Made by a program: the position numbers and the translations under genes. Below, one piece after another: positions 18,729 to 29,137 of a stretch of 64,000 bases of DNA (position 1 is the first letter of the stretch; every line of letters starts with the position of its first letter). The stretch lies in the NCBI RefSeq assembly GCF_020637165.1, contig NZ_JACJWN010000007.1. The stretch is one strand, 5' to 3'. This DNA comes from Mycolicibacterium sp. (GTDB lineage Bacteria; Actinomycetota; Actinomycetes; Mycobacteriales; Mycobacteriaceae). The notes beneath the pieces were generated by a model, which was not told where the DNA came from, made no database searches, and worked only from the letters and a program-made list of their open reading frames with translations.

Positions 18729-21359
18729 ATGCTCACATCGGAGGACGATGTGGAACTACATGCCCTACGCAAGCGGGGTTGGACGATCACGGCGATCGCC
18801 AACCACGCCAAGCTCGACCGTAAGACGGTCCGCAAATACCTGGCCGGTGACGGCACGCCCGGGGTCCGGGCGCGGTCCGGACCGGATCCGTTTGAGCCGT
18901 TCGCCGACTACGTCACCGCCCGGTTGGTCGAGGACCCGCACCCTGTTTGACGAGTTGGAGGACCTGGGGTTCGGACTGTCGTATCAGAGCCTGACCCGCA
19001 TCATCCGGGAGCGGGGCCTGCGCCCGGTGTGCCACGCATGCCGGACCGCGACCGACCGGCCCAACGCGGTGATCGAACACACCCCTGGTGATGAAACCCA
19101 ATGGGACTGGCTGGAATTGCCGAATCCACCCACATCATGGGGGTGGGGCAAATCGGCCGATCTGTTGGTCGGCTCGCTGGCGAACTCGGGCAAGTGGCGG
19201 GCGGTGCTGTCGGCCTCCCAGGACCAGCCGCACCTGATCGCCGGGCTGGACCGCATCACCCGCGCCCTGGGCGGGGTGAGCCGGGGGTGGCGGTTCGACC
19301 GGATGGCCACGGTGTGTGATCCGGCCTCCGGGAGGGTCAGCGCCTCGTTCGCCGGGGTGGCCAAGTGGCATGTTCCCCGTGAGTGAGGCCACCCTGTTTT
19401 AGAGTCCTGTGGCCCGGAGAGGGCCGGAAGGGACGATGAATCACATGGCTGGCCGTAAGAAGCATTCGGCGGAGGACGTGGTGCGCAAGTTGCGCCGGGC
19501 CGACGAGCTCGCCGCGACGGGCAAGACCAACGAGGAGATCGCCGCGGAGCTGGAGGTCTCGGCGGCGACGCTGTACAACTGGCGGCGGGCCTATGGCGGG
19601 ATGGACCTCAACGCCGCCAAGGAGCTCAAGGAGCTGCGGGAGCAGAACAGCCGCCTCAAGCGGCTGCTGGCCGAGGCCGAGCTGGAGAAGGACGCTCTGC
19701 GGGAGGTGGCCAAGGGAAAATTCTGAGCCCGGCCGCCAAGCGCCGCGCCGTGGACATGCTCAAGGACGTCAAGGGCATCTCAGAACGGTTGGCGTGCAAA
19801 GCAGTCGGGCTCGCCCGCTCCACCTACCAACGCGTCCCGCTGGCGGCGAGCCCGGCCGATCCGGACGCCGATCTGCGGGCCTGGCTGCGCGCTTACGCCA
19901 AGGCCCATCCCTGTCATGGGTTTCGTCGGGCCTGGGCGGCGCTGCGCCACGACGAGCACCGCAGGATCAACAAGAAGAAGGTGCAGCGGCTGTGGGCCGA
20001 GGAGGGCCTGCAGCGCCGCGTGCACAGCCGGCGCAAACGCGCCGGGGCGTCCTCGCACCCGCAGGTCTGCGCGGATGCTCCCAAGGTGGTCTGGGCGCTG
20101 GACTTCCAGTTCGACTCCACCATCGACGGCAGGGCCATCAAGATCGCCTCGATGGTCGATGAGCACACCCGCGAGTCGCTGCTGAACATCGTCGAGCGCT
20201 CGATCACCGCCGAGCGCCTCATCGAAGAGCTGGAACGCAGCTTCGCCGCCGCGGGCGGACCGCCGATGGTGCTGCGCATGGACAACGGTCCGGAGATGAT
20301 TTCCCAAGCGCTGCAACAGTTCTGCGAAGGAAAGGTCGGGCTGTCCTACATCCCTCCGGGCACACCCTGGAATAACGGGTTCATCGAGTCATTCAACAAC
20401 CGCCTGCGCAAGGAGTGCCTCAACCGCAATTACTGGACCAACCTGCTCGAAGCCCGCGTCGGCATCGCCGACTTCAAGCACGAACACAACACCGCCCACC
20501 GCCACTCGGCCCTGGGCTACCTGACCCCGGCCGAGTACGCTGCCCAATGCAGCCACACCCATCACCCCGTGGCCTGCGAGATCAACTGAAATCGGTACAA
20601 CAACCTGGCCTCTAAAACCAGGTGGACCGACTATCGGGGACCGGTCACAAGCACTACGGGGTGTCGGTCGCGATCTGCCCGCCCCGGCGCGGCAACCGCA
20701 AGGGCGTGGTGGAGAAGGTCAACCACACCGCCGCCCAGCGGTGGTGGCGCACCCTGGCCGATGAGCTGACCGTCGAGGAAACACAGGCCAGCCTGGACCG
20801 GTTCGCCGCGCTGCGGGGGGACACCCGGTTACGGGCCACCGCCGACGGACGCTCCTCGGTCGCGGTGGTTGCCGCGGCCGAACCGCTGGCCACGGTACCG
20901 CCGCCATACCCGGTGGTGATCCGCGAGGCCCGCACCGCCTCCCGGCAGGCGTTGGTGTCCTACCGCGGCAACCGCTACTCGGTGCCCCCGGAATTGGCCG
21001 GCGCGGCGGTGGTCGTCTCCCACCCGATCGGCGGGCAGGTCGTCGATATCGCCACCGCCGCGGGCATCGTGATCGCCCGCCACCGGCTGGCCGCCGACGG
21101 CCTGGGCGTCGCGGTGCGCGACAAAGGCCACGTCCTGGCGCTCAACGCCGCAGCCATGGCCACCGCCACCAGCGGGCACCCGCATCGGCGCAAGGAACGC
21201 ATCCCACCGGGCCCGGCAGCCAAGGCCGCAGCCACCAAAATCCTCGCCGCCCAGGCCGGCGAGACCGACAACATCCAACCCTCAACCAGCACAAACGATT
21301 CCACCGTCATCGACCTGGCCGCCTACGAGCGGGCAGCCCAGAAAAGGACCCTGAAATGA
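18729..21359 (+). pseudogene. istA: IS21 transposase IstA, frameshifted near 18945 and split by IS3-C
   Basis: MLTSEDDVEL..; QWDW, FDRM, RKGVVE in successive segments. Confidence 0.8.
19366..20647 (+). mobile_element. IS3-family element C, copy 1 (1282 bp)
   Basis: TG..CA ends; TSD CAAG; orfA ends 19726 with GGGAAAA slippery site; orfB 19750-20589. Confidence 0.9.
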
Positions 21360-22210
21360 CCAGCACACCCCGCACGGCCAAGACCAGCCCCGCACCCATC
21401 GACGACTCGCCCGCCACCGCGGCCAGCGTCTATCAACAGCTGCGCTCGCACCTGGCCGAGCTCAAACTCCACGACGCCGCCCAAGCGCTGCCCGCGGTCC
21501 TGGACCAGGCCAACGCCGAGGGCCTGTCGGTGACCGCCGCCCTGCAACGACTGCTGGCAGTCGAGGTCGACGCCTCCACCGCCCGCCGGCTCGCCGGGCG
21601 GCTGCGCTTCGCCTGCCTGCCCACCCCGGCCACCCTCGCCGACTTCGACGTCGACGCCGCCGTGGGCATCGACCGATCCCTGATCAACGACCTGGGCAGC
21701 TGCCGCTACCTCGAGACCGCCACCAACATCCTGCTCATCGGCCCACCCGGAACCGGCAAAACCCACCTCTCGGTCGGACTGGCCCGCGCCGCCGCCCACG
21801 CCGGCTACCGCACCTACTTCACCACCGCCGCCGACCTGGCAGCCCGCTGCCACCGCGCCGCGATCGAGGGCCGCTGGGCCACCACCATGCGCTTCTTCGC
21901 CGGGCCGACCCTGCTCGTGATCGACGAACTGGGCTACCTGCCACTGCCCGCAGAAGCCGCCTCAGCGCTGTTTCAGGTTGTCTCCCAACGATATTTGAAA
22001 ACCAGCATCGTCATCACCACCAACCGCGGCGTGGGGTCCTGGGGAGAAATCCTCGGCGACACCACCGTCGCCGCCGCCATGCTCGACCGCCTGCTACACC
22101 GCTCCATCGTGGTCAACCTCGACGGTGAGTCCTACCGCCTCCGCGACCACCACGCCGCCGCGGAAACCCTGCACCGAACCACCACCGGCAACCGCCAACC
22201 GCTACGCTGA
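21356..22210 (+). CDS. istB: IS21 helper ATPase IstB
   Basis: GPPGTGKT Walker A; LVIDELG Walker B. Confidence 0.92.
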   Translation: MTSTPRTAKTSPAPIDDSPATAASVYQQLRSHLAELKLHDAAQALPAVLDQANAEGLSVTAALQRLLAVEVDASTARRLAGRLRFACLPTPATLADFDVDAAVGIDRSLINDLGSCRYLETATNILLIGPPGTGKTHLSVGLARAAAHAGYRTYFTTAADLAARCHRAAIEGRWATTMRFFAGPTLLVIDELGYLPLPAEAASALFQVVSQRYLKTSIVITTNRGVGSWGEILGDTTVAAAMLDRLLHRSIVVNLDGESYRLRDHHAAAETLHRTTTGNRQPLR

Positions 22211-23506
22211 CAGAGCCCCGCAGGTGAGGAATTTCGATGAGCACACCTGGGGACTTTCAACGAGCCTCATCAAGGGCGGCCTCGTACTCGGCCGGTGGGA
22301 CGTAGCCGAGGGCTTCATGCAGGCGTTCCTGGTTGTACCAGGCCACCCATTGCGCGGTTGCCAGTTCGACATCGGCGACGCTGCGCCAGGGCTTACCGCG
22401 GTGGATCACCTCGCTCTTGTAAGCGGCGTTGACCGTCTCGGCGAGGGCGTTGTCATAGCTATCGCCGCGGGAACCCACCGAGGGGGCGATCCTGAGCTCG
22501 GCGAGCCTGTCGGTGTAGGCCAAAGAGACATATTGCGACCCGCGGTCGCTGTGATGCACCAACTCAGACAGGTCCGAATTGGCCTGCCAGACAGCATGTT
22601 CGAATGCCTGCAAGGGCGGATCTTCGGTGCGCATCGACGCGGCCACTGCCCAGCCGACGATCTTGCGAGTGCAGACGTCGGTGACGAAAGCGGTGTAGCA
22701 GAACCCCTGCCAGGTCCGCGCGTAGGTGATGCCGGCAACCCACAGCCGGTTCGGTGCCGGGGCGCTGAACTGGCGGTTGACCAGATCGGCCGGCCGCTGA
22801 TCGGCCGGGTCGGTCACGGTGGTGAACACCGGCTTTCCCCGATGAACGCCCCGTAGCCCGGCTTTGCGCATCAACCTGCGGGTTTGTTCGCGACCCAGCT
22901 GCCAGCCCCGCCGGGGCATCGCCACGTGCATCTTCTTGACCCCGTAGACCGAGAAGTTCTTCTCGTGGACGGTGCGCAGCTCGGCGATCAGCTGTTCATC
23001 GCGGATCTCCCGGTCACTGGCCGGACGGGTCCGGGCGGCGCGGTAGCCCCGGGAGGTGAGAAAGCCAGGGATTGCTGCCCGCAAAATCCGGCAGATGAGC
23101 TCGACCCCGAACTGATCGCGATGCATGTCGATGAACGCGATCATTTCGTCGCGGGGCGGTCGAGCTCCGCTGCGAAAAACGCAGACGCAGACTTCAAAAT
23201 CTCATTCGCTCTGCGTAGTTCGGCGACCTCCCGCTTCAGGCGCCGAATCTCGGCGTGCTCCACGCTGGTCATTCCGGGCCGCTCGCCGGCATCGACTTGA
23301 GCTTTACGCCGCCACCGGCGCACCGACTCCTCCGAGACACCCAGTTTGCTGGCCACGGACTTGATGGCCTCGAACTCCGAAGTTTCCGAGGACTCCATCA
23401 TCGTGTCCAACAACCGCAACGCACGCTGCCGGAACTCCGGCGAATACTGACGGGGCATAGTTCCTGATCCTCCTATACGGATCGGAACGAAACCTGGGGT
23501 AGTTCA

Positions 23507-23800
23507 AGGCCCGTTGGGCCTCCAGGGCGGCGATGCACTTGTGGACGGCCGGCAGTTCGCCAGCCTCAACACTCAGGGTGCCCTCAATGACTCCGGCGCC
23601 GATGAGGGCCCGACGTTTCCAACGGGACAGGGTCGCTTGGCAGATACCGGTCTCGGCAGCCACGACGGCCACGGGTTCGCCTGATCGCAGTCGGGCGACG
23701 ATTTGTCGGCGGACCGACGATGAGTACTGACGGGGCATGTGACCTCCCAGGATCACTCTGCCCTCGACTCGCATAGCCCTGGACCAACAACACGGGTACA
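23507..23800 (-). mobile_element. IS3-like left-end/orfA remnant
   Basis: MPRQYSSSVRRQIVARLRSGE.. HTH fragment; end TGTACCCGTGTTGTTGGTCCA. Confidence 0.6.
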
Positions 23801-23833
23801 ACTCTGACGGACTTAGCTAAGGGGAACACGTCG

Positions 23834-24865
23834 CTACCATGATCTGGACAATGAACGCTTCAATTTAGAGGCACGCTCTGCTCCGAGCATCTTTCGGGCG
23901 GCATCCTTGGCCAGACGTCGGCCGTTGTAAAAGTGGCGGGTGGCTTCAGCTCGCGCGAGTGCCCGAACAGCTCGCTCGTAACCACCTTGATCCATTGGGA
24001 TGGCTGTCTCGTCCGGAGTGAAAACCGAACGAACGAACTCGTTCCCCTTCACTTGGCGGTAGCCACAGCCTGCCATTACTGCGGTGAGGCTCCCAAGATC
24101 GAAACTCCACAGGTGGGCGTTCTGGAAATATCGCATCGGATCACAATGGGAAGCTTGGATTGTTTGGAGACCCGGTACCTCGATGTAGACGAGTGCGCCG
24201 GGAGCCAGCATCGGCTTGATATCTTCCATGAGTTTTTTTGGATCGGTAATGTGCTCAAAGACGTGGCTCAGGATTACGAGATCAAACGGTGCCATATCCG
24301 CCAATGTGGTGTGGTCGCCGTGGCGCAGATCGAGTCCACGCTCGCGTCCGGCTTCGAGGTAGGTGTCTCCAAGGTCACATCCTGCGACGCGATGACCGGC
24401 TTCATGGAAGGGGAGTAGAGTCCAACCAGCACCGCAGCCGAAGTCCACGACGCGACTGCCGGCGGGGATCAAGCCCTCAACGAAGTGACTGATGTCCATC
24501 CCACGGTTACCTTGGACCTGAAGATAACTACCGCTCGCTTCGAGGCATCCCGTATAGAGGGGTTGGTACTCGTTACTGTAGAAGGCGGCCAGGCTGTCAT
24601 CGCTCAGTCGGGGCGACGTGCGAACCACCCCACACGCGCGACAAACCACACTCGGCGAGGGCAGCCCGAACCGGTCGAGTTCAGCAACAATCAAGCCGCC
24701 CGCAGCGCCGCAAAGGCAGGGCACCTCAACGGTGGTGTAAGAACCGTCCGCGTATTTTTGGATCATTCGGTCACGGGTCGCAATTTGCAGCGAATTCATT
24801 GGAAACGCGGGCTTCGCGCGTGTCTGCCGAGATCGGAGCAAGAGGCGGTCAAGCGTGTTTGGCAC
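23834..24865 (-). CDS. Class I SAM methyltransferase with N-terminal Cys cluster
   Basis: CLC..CRAC, VDFGCGAG, ILSHVFEH, IEVP; start uncertain (ORF open from 24973). Confidence 0.82.
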   Translation of the reverse strand: MPNTLDRLLLRSRQTRAKPAFPMNSLQIATRDRMIQKYADGSYTTVEVPCLCGAAGGLIVAELDRFGLPSPSVVCRACGVVRTSPRLSDDSLAAFYSNEYQPLYTGCLEASGSYLQVQGNRGMDISHFVEGLIPAGSRVVDFGCGAGWTLLPFHEAGHRVAGCDLGDTYLEAGRERGLDLRHGDHTTLADMAPFDLVILSHVFEHITDPKKLMEDIKPMLAPGALVYIEVPGLQTIQASHCDPMRYFQNAHLWSFDLGSLTAVMAGCGYRQVKGNEFVRSVFTPDETAIPMDQGGYERAVRALARAEATRHFYNGRRLAKDAARKMLGAERASKLKRSLSRSW

Positions 24866-25346
24866 CGAAACTCCCTCAGTCGCTTTCGGCGATTGACTAA
24901 ACTCGACTCTATAGCGCCGAATCCGCGGCGTCCAAATCCTCACCTCTTCATGGGGCCGACCGGTCAGGTGCACAGTTCACGCGCTGGCCCGATCCCTCAC
25001 TGTGAACCACCGTGGCTTTCATGCACACCTTCTTTTGCGGGAAGGATGGCACGATGCCAAGCGAATACACCCTGGAGATCAGGGCCAAGGCGGTCCGGTT
25101 GGTTCGGGAGCATCGCGATGAGTACGACACCGAGTGGGCGGCGATGAAGGTCATCTCCGCGCGGTTGGGGATGAACGTGGAGACCCTGCGCAAATGGGTC
25201 CGTCAGGACGAGGTCGACAGCGGCCAGGCCCCCGGGCTGTCGACCGGGGAAAGCAAGGAGTTGCGGGAGCTTCGAAAGAAGAACCGCAAGCTTGAGCAGA
25301 CCATCGAAATCCTCAAGGCGGCAACAAGTTTCTTCGCGCGGGAGAG

Positions 25347-27572
25347 GTGCGCCACGAGGCGCTGGGTGTATCGGGAGGTGGTGAGAGACCATCTCCGTTG
25401 GGCCGTCGCAGCGGCCTGATGAAGCGTCGGGGCAGCCGATTGTCGGGAACGACGGCGATTGGTGGCAAGCGGCCCCGAGAAGGCGAGTCGTGCTGGGACT
25501 GCCAGACGGTGCGAGCTCGTCGAGCGAGGTCAAAAGGTACAGCGCAAGCGAACCAGTGGTAGAAGCTCCGTAACCGCGAAGCCGGCTCCAACCTGGTGGA
25601 TATGGGCCGGTGTGCAGTGCACGGCACCCCGGATGGGGTGTCGACTCCGAAGCCGTCTTTCTCCAGCGGTGAGGAGGCCGCGGTGAAGGCCTGCGGCGTA
25701 GCCGTGGCGACGCTGCCGGAGTAGAGCTGGGTGCCTCCCTGACCGACCGATGACCTGGTGAACGTGGGAACCACCTTGGCGAGACCGTTCGTCCGGCCCG
25801 GTATCCAGCCGGGAGGGATGAGAAGACTCAAGCGTTCGGAGTTGATAGGGACCGCTATCGGGTGGGGCGGAGACCCCGTAGTAGTCGCGGGCGGTGACGT
25901 GCCCGCCGCGGAGACCGAGAAAGGCGGTCACAGGGCCAAGGGGGTCAGCAAGACATGCAGCAGAAGAACTGGAAGGTCAGGAGGAGTGTGATGTCGCCGG
26001 TGAATACCGACGAACTCGAGGTCGCGCTGATGATGGCGCGCCAACGGGTACTGAAGATCCAGACCAAGCTGCACCGTTGGGCTGTCGATGATCCTCATCG
26101 CAGGTTCGACGATCTGTTCAACCTCGTCGCCGATCCCGCCTTCCTTCTGGTGGCGTGGGATCGGGTGAGCGGGAACAGCGGTGCCGCCACGGCGGGGGTG
26201 GATCGGCGCACCGCGTCGTCCATCGTTGCCGGGCAGGGCGTCGAGGCGTTCCTCGACGAGCTGCGGTCGCAGCTGAAGGGCCGCAGTTTCCGGCCGTTGC
26301 CGGTCCGCGAGCGGATGATCCCCAAAAGCGGCGGCAAGCTGCGCCGTTTGGGGATTCCAACCGTGGCCGACCGGGTGGTCCAGGCATCGCTGAAGTTGGT
26401 GCTGGAGCCGATCTTCGAGGCGGATTTCCTGCCGTGTTCCTACGGTTTCCGCCCGAATCGCCGGGCTCATGATGCGGTGGCCGAGGTGCGTTACCTCGCG
26501 ACGCGTCCCAGGTGTTATGACTGGGTCGTCGAGGGCGACATCAAGGCCTGCTTCGACGAGATCGACCACACCGCCCTGATGGGCCGGGTGCGTCGTCGCG
26601 TCGGGGACAACCGCGTGCTGGGTCTGGTCAAGGCGTTCCTGAAGGCGGGCATCCTCACCGAGGCGGGCCTGCTGGAGGACAGTACCGCGGGAACTCCGCA
26701 GGGTGGAATCCTCTCGCCGTTGTTGGCCAATGTGGCGTTGTCGGCGCTCGATGAGTACATCGCTGGTTTGCCGGGTGGCCCGGAGACCGGCATCTACGAG
26801 CGCGCCAGACGACTTCGTCGTGGGCAGCCGAATTTTCGGCTTGTCCGTTACGCCGATGACTGGTGTCTGATGGTGCGGGGCACTCACGCCCACGCCGAAG
26901 CACTACGAGAGGGCATCGCCGCCGTGCTGGCGACGATGGGTCTTGCTCTGTCACCGGAGAAGACCCTGATCACCCACATCGACGAGGGGCTGGACTTCCT
27001 CGGGTGGCGCATCCAGCGTCACCGCAAGAAAGGCACCAGCCGCCACTACGTCTACGTCTATCCGAGTACCAAGGCCGTGCTGGCGGTCAAACGGAAGATC
27101 AAGGCGTTGGGCCGAGCAGTCGAACCCAATCAACCGCTCGATGACCTGTTGCGCCGGATCAATTCGACGCTGCGGGGCTGGGCGGGCTATTTCCGGGCCG
27201 GGGTGTCCTCGGCGACCTTCTCCTACCTGAGTCACTACGCGTGGCAGACGGTATGGCGACGGATGCTCCGTAAACACCGCAAGGCGACCCGGACACAGTT
27301 GCGCCACCGCTACTGCGGCGGCGGTTGGTGGCCAGCCACCGAGGACCACGTGCTGATCGACCTCACGAAGATCGGCACCACCCGATACCGCTACCGCGGA
27401 TCGGTCATCCCCTCACCCTGGCCACTCGCCGATGAGGATGCCACCACAACAGCAGCCTGACCGGGTCTTGTGGAGAGCCCGGTGCATTGAAAGGTGCACG
27501 CCGGGTTCGGGAAGCGGCCCGGGAAAACGGAACAACCCAACAGTTGTCACCGCGTCCCGGGCCGACTTTCAC
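25347..27572 (+). mobile_element. Group II intron, copy 2, inverted relative to copy 1
   Basis: GGAGAG|GTGCG...TTTCAC|CGACCC; same ORF translations as copy 1. Confidence 0.92.
25955..27460 (+). CDS. ltrA: Group II intron RT/maturase
   Basis: Same 501-aa protein as 10511-12016. Confidence 0.92.
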   Translation: MQQKNWKVRRSVMSPVNTDELEVALMMARQRVLKIQTKLHRWAVDDPHRRFDDLFNLVADPAFLLVAWDRVSGNSGAATAGVDRRTASSIVAGQGVEAFLDELRSQLKGRSFRPLPVRERMIPKSGGKLRRLGIPTVADRVVQASLKLVLEPIFEADFLPCSYGFRPNRRAHDAVAEVRYLATRPRCYDWVVEGDIKACFDEIDHTALMGRVRRRVGDNRVLGLVKAFLKAGILTEAGLLEDSTAGTPQGGILSPLLANVALSALDEYIAGLPGGPETGIYERARRLRRGQPNFRLVRYADDWCLMVRGTHAHAEALREGIAAVLATMGLALSPEKTLITHIDEGLDFLGWRIQRHRKKGTSRHYVYVYPSTKAVLAVKRKIKALGRAVEPNQPLDDLLRRINSTLRGWAGYFRAGVSSATFSYLSHYAWQTVWRRMLRKHRKATRTQLRHRYCGGGWWPATEDHVLIDLTKIGTTRYRYRGSVIPSPWPLADEDATTTAA

Positions 27573-27615
27573 CGACCCGCGACTGCGTTGATCTGCGGGT
27601 TCATCGATGAGCACC

Positions 27616-29029
27616 GGTCACGTCCCGTGGCGTGGTGTAAGAGCGGTCGCGTGTTCGCGTGAGGCTCTGTGGTTGTCACTATGCCGTGAGAGCGGTTGTG
27701 GGGGCAACGGTTTCGCTGCTGGGGTCGCTGATCTGGAGTAGAGCGAGGCTGGTTTCGGACAGGTAGCGTTTGTCGGCGACTTGCCATTCGTCGTGGGCCT
27801 CGACCAGGACCGAGCCGGCCAGGCGTAGCAGGGCGGCGGGGTTGGGAAAGACCCCGACGACGTCGGTGCGGCGCTTGATTTCCTTGTTCAACCGCTCCAA
27901 GGGATTGGTCGACCAGATCTTCTTCCAATGCGGCACGGGGAAGTCGGCGAAGGCGGTGATGTCGGTGGCGGCCTCCCGCAGCATGGTTTCGACTTTGGGG
28001 AATTGCCGCCCGAGCATGCCGGCGATGGTGTCGAGTTGTTCCCGGACGTGCTCGGCGTCGGGTTGGGCGAAGATGGTGCGGATCGCCGCGGCCACCATTT
28101 CCGCCGATCCCTTGGGGACCTGGGCCAGCAGGTTGCGCAGGAAATGGACCCGGCATCGTTGCCACGAGGATCCGATCAGCACGGCCTCGATGGCGGCCCG
28201 TAGCCCGGCGTGGGCGTCGGAGATGACCAGCTGGACTCCGGTTAGGCCGCGGGACTTCAGCGACCGCAGAAACGCCGTCCAGAACGCCCCGTCCTCGCTG
28301 TCGCCGACGTCAAAGCCCAGCACCTCGCGGCGGCCGTCGGCGGCGACTCCGGTGGCGATGACCACCGCCTGGGAGACCACGCGGTGGTTGACCCGGGCCT
28401 TGCAGTAGGTGGCATCGAGGAACACATAGGGGAAGCGCTGCTCACCCAGCGGCCGGTCGCGGAAGGCGGCGACCTCGGTGTCGAGGTCCTTGCAGATCCG
28501 GGACACCTCGCTCTTGGAGATCCCGCTATCGGCGCCGAGGGCCTTGACCAGATCGTCGACCTTGCGGGTCGAGGTGCCATGCAGGTAGGCCTCCATCACC
28601 ACCGCGAACAGGCACTGATCGACCCGGCGGCGCCGCTCGAGCAGCGCCGGGAAGAACGACCCGCTGCGCAGCTTGGGGATCCGCAACTCCAGGTCCCCGG
28701 CGACGGTGGACAAGGTGCGCGGCCGTGAGCCGTTGCGCTGATTGGTGCGGGTCTGGGTGCGCTCATGGGCGGCGGCGCCGATCTTGGCGGTCAGCTCGGC
28801 GTCGATCAGCGCTTGATAGACGACCTCGCAGGCTTGGGTGATCCGCTCACCGGCATCGGCGGTGCGCAGTGCATCGAGCACCTCCAACAAGGCAGACTGA
28901 TCCAGGGCCATCGCGGTGTTCCTCTCGGTAGTGATTCTTGGTCGTTTCACCACAGAGACTCCCGCGATGGCCCTCTCACATCACGACCGACACGCCGCCA
29001 CTACTTACACCACACCCCGGGACATGAAC
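27616..29029 (-). mobile_element. IS256-A copy 2 (transposase 27679-28911)
   Basis: 8-bp TSD TGAGCACC (27608-15 / 29030-37). Confidence 0.92.
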
Positions 29030-29137
29030 TGAGCACCGCGCTCGTTTCGGAGTCGCTCCGATCTGCCGCACCCTGTCTGAACACGGGTGCACGATCGCTC
29101 CGAGAACCTATTACGCCTGGCCGCCACCGGGCCCCGT

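Larger units (their letters stand above)
18592..22272 (+). mobile_element. IS21-family element, copy 1 (2395 bp net), interrupted by IS3-C
   Basis: Ends TGATGGCGCTCACTGAAAATCCCC / TGATGAGGCTCGTTGAAAGTCCCC; 4-bp TSD AGGG. Confidence 0.9.
18511..23506 (-). mobile_element. IS3-B (1311 bp net), interrupted by IS21
   Basis: Both IRs TGAACTACCCCAGG; orfA 23141-23458; orfB from 23144. Confidence 0.9.
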
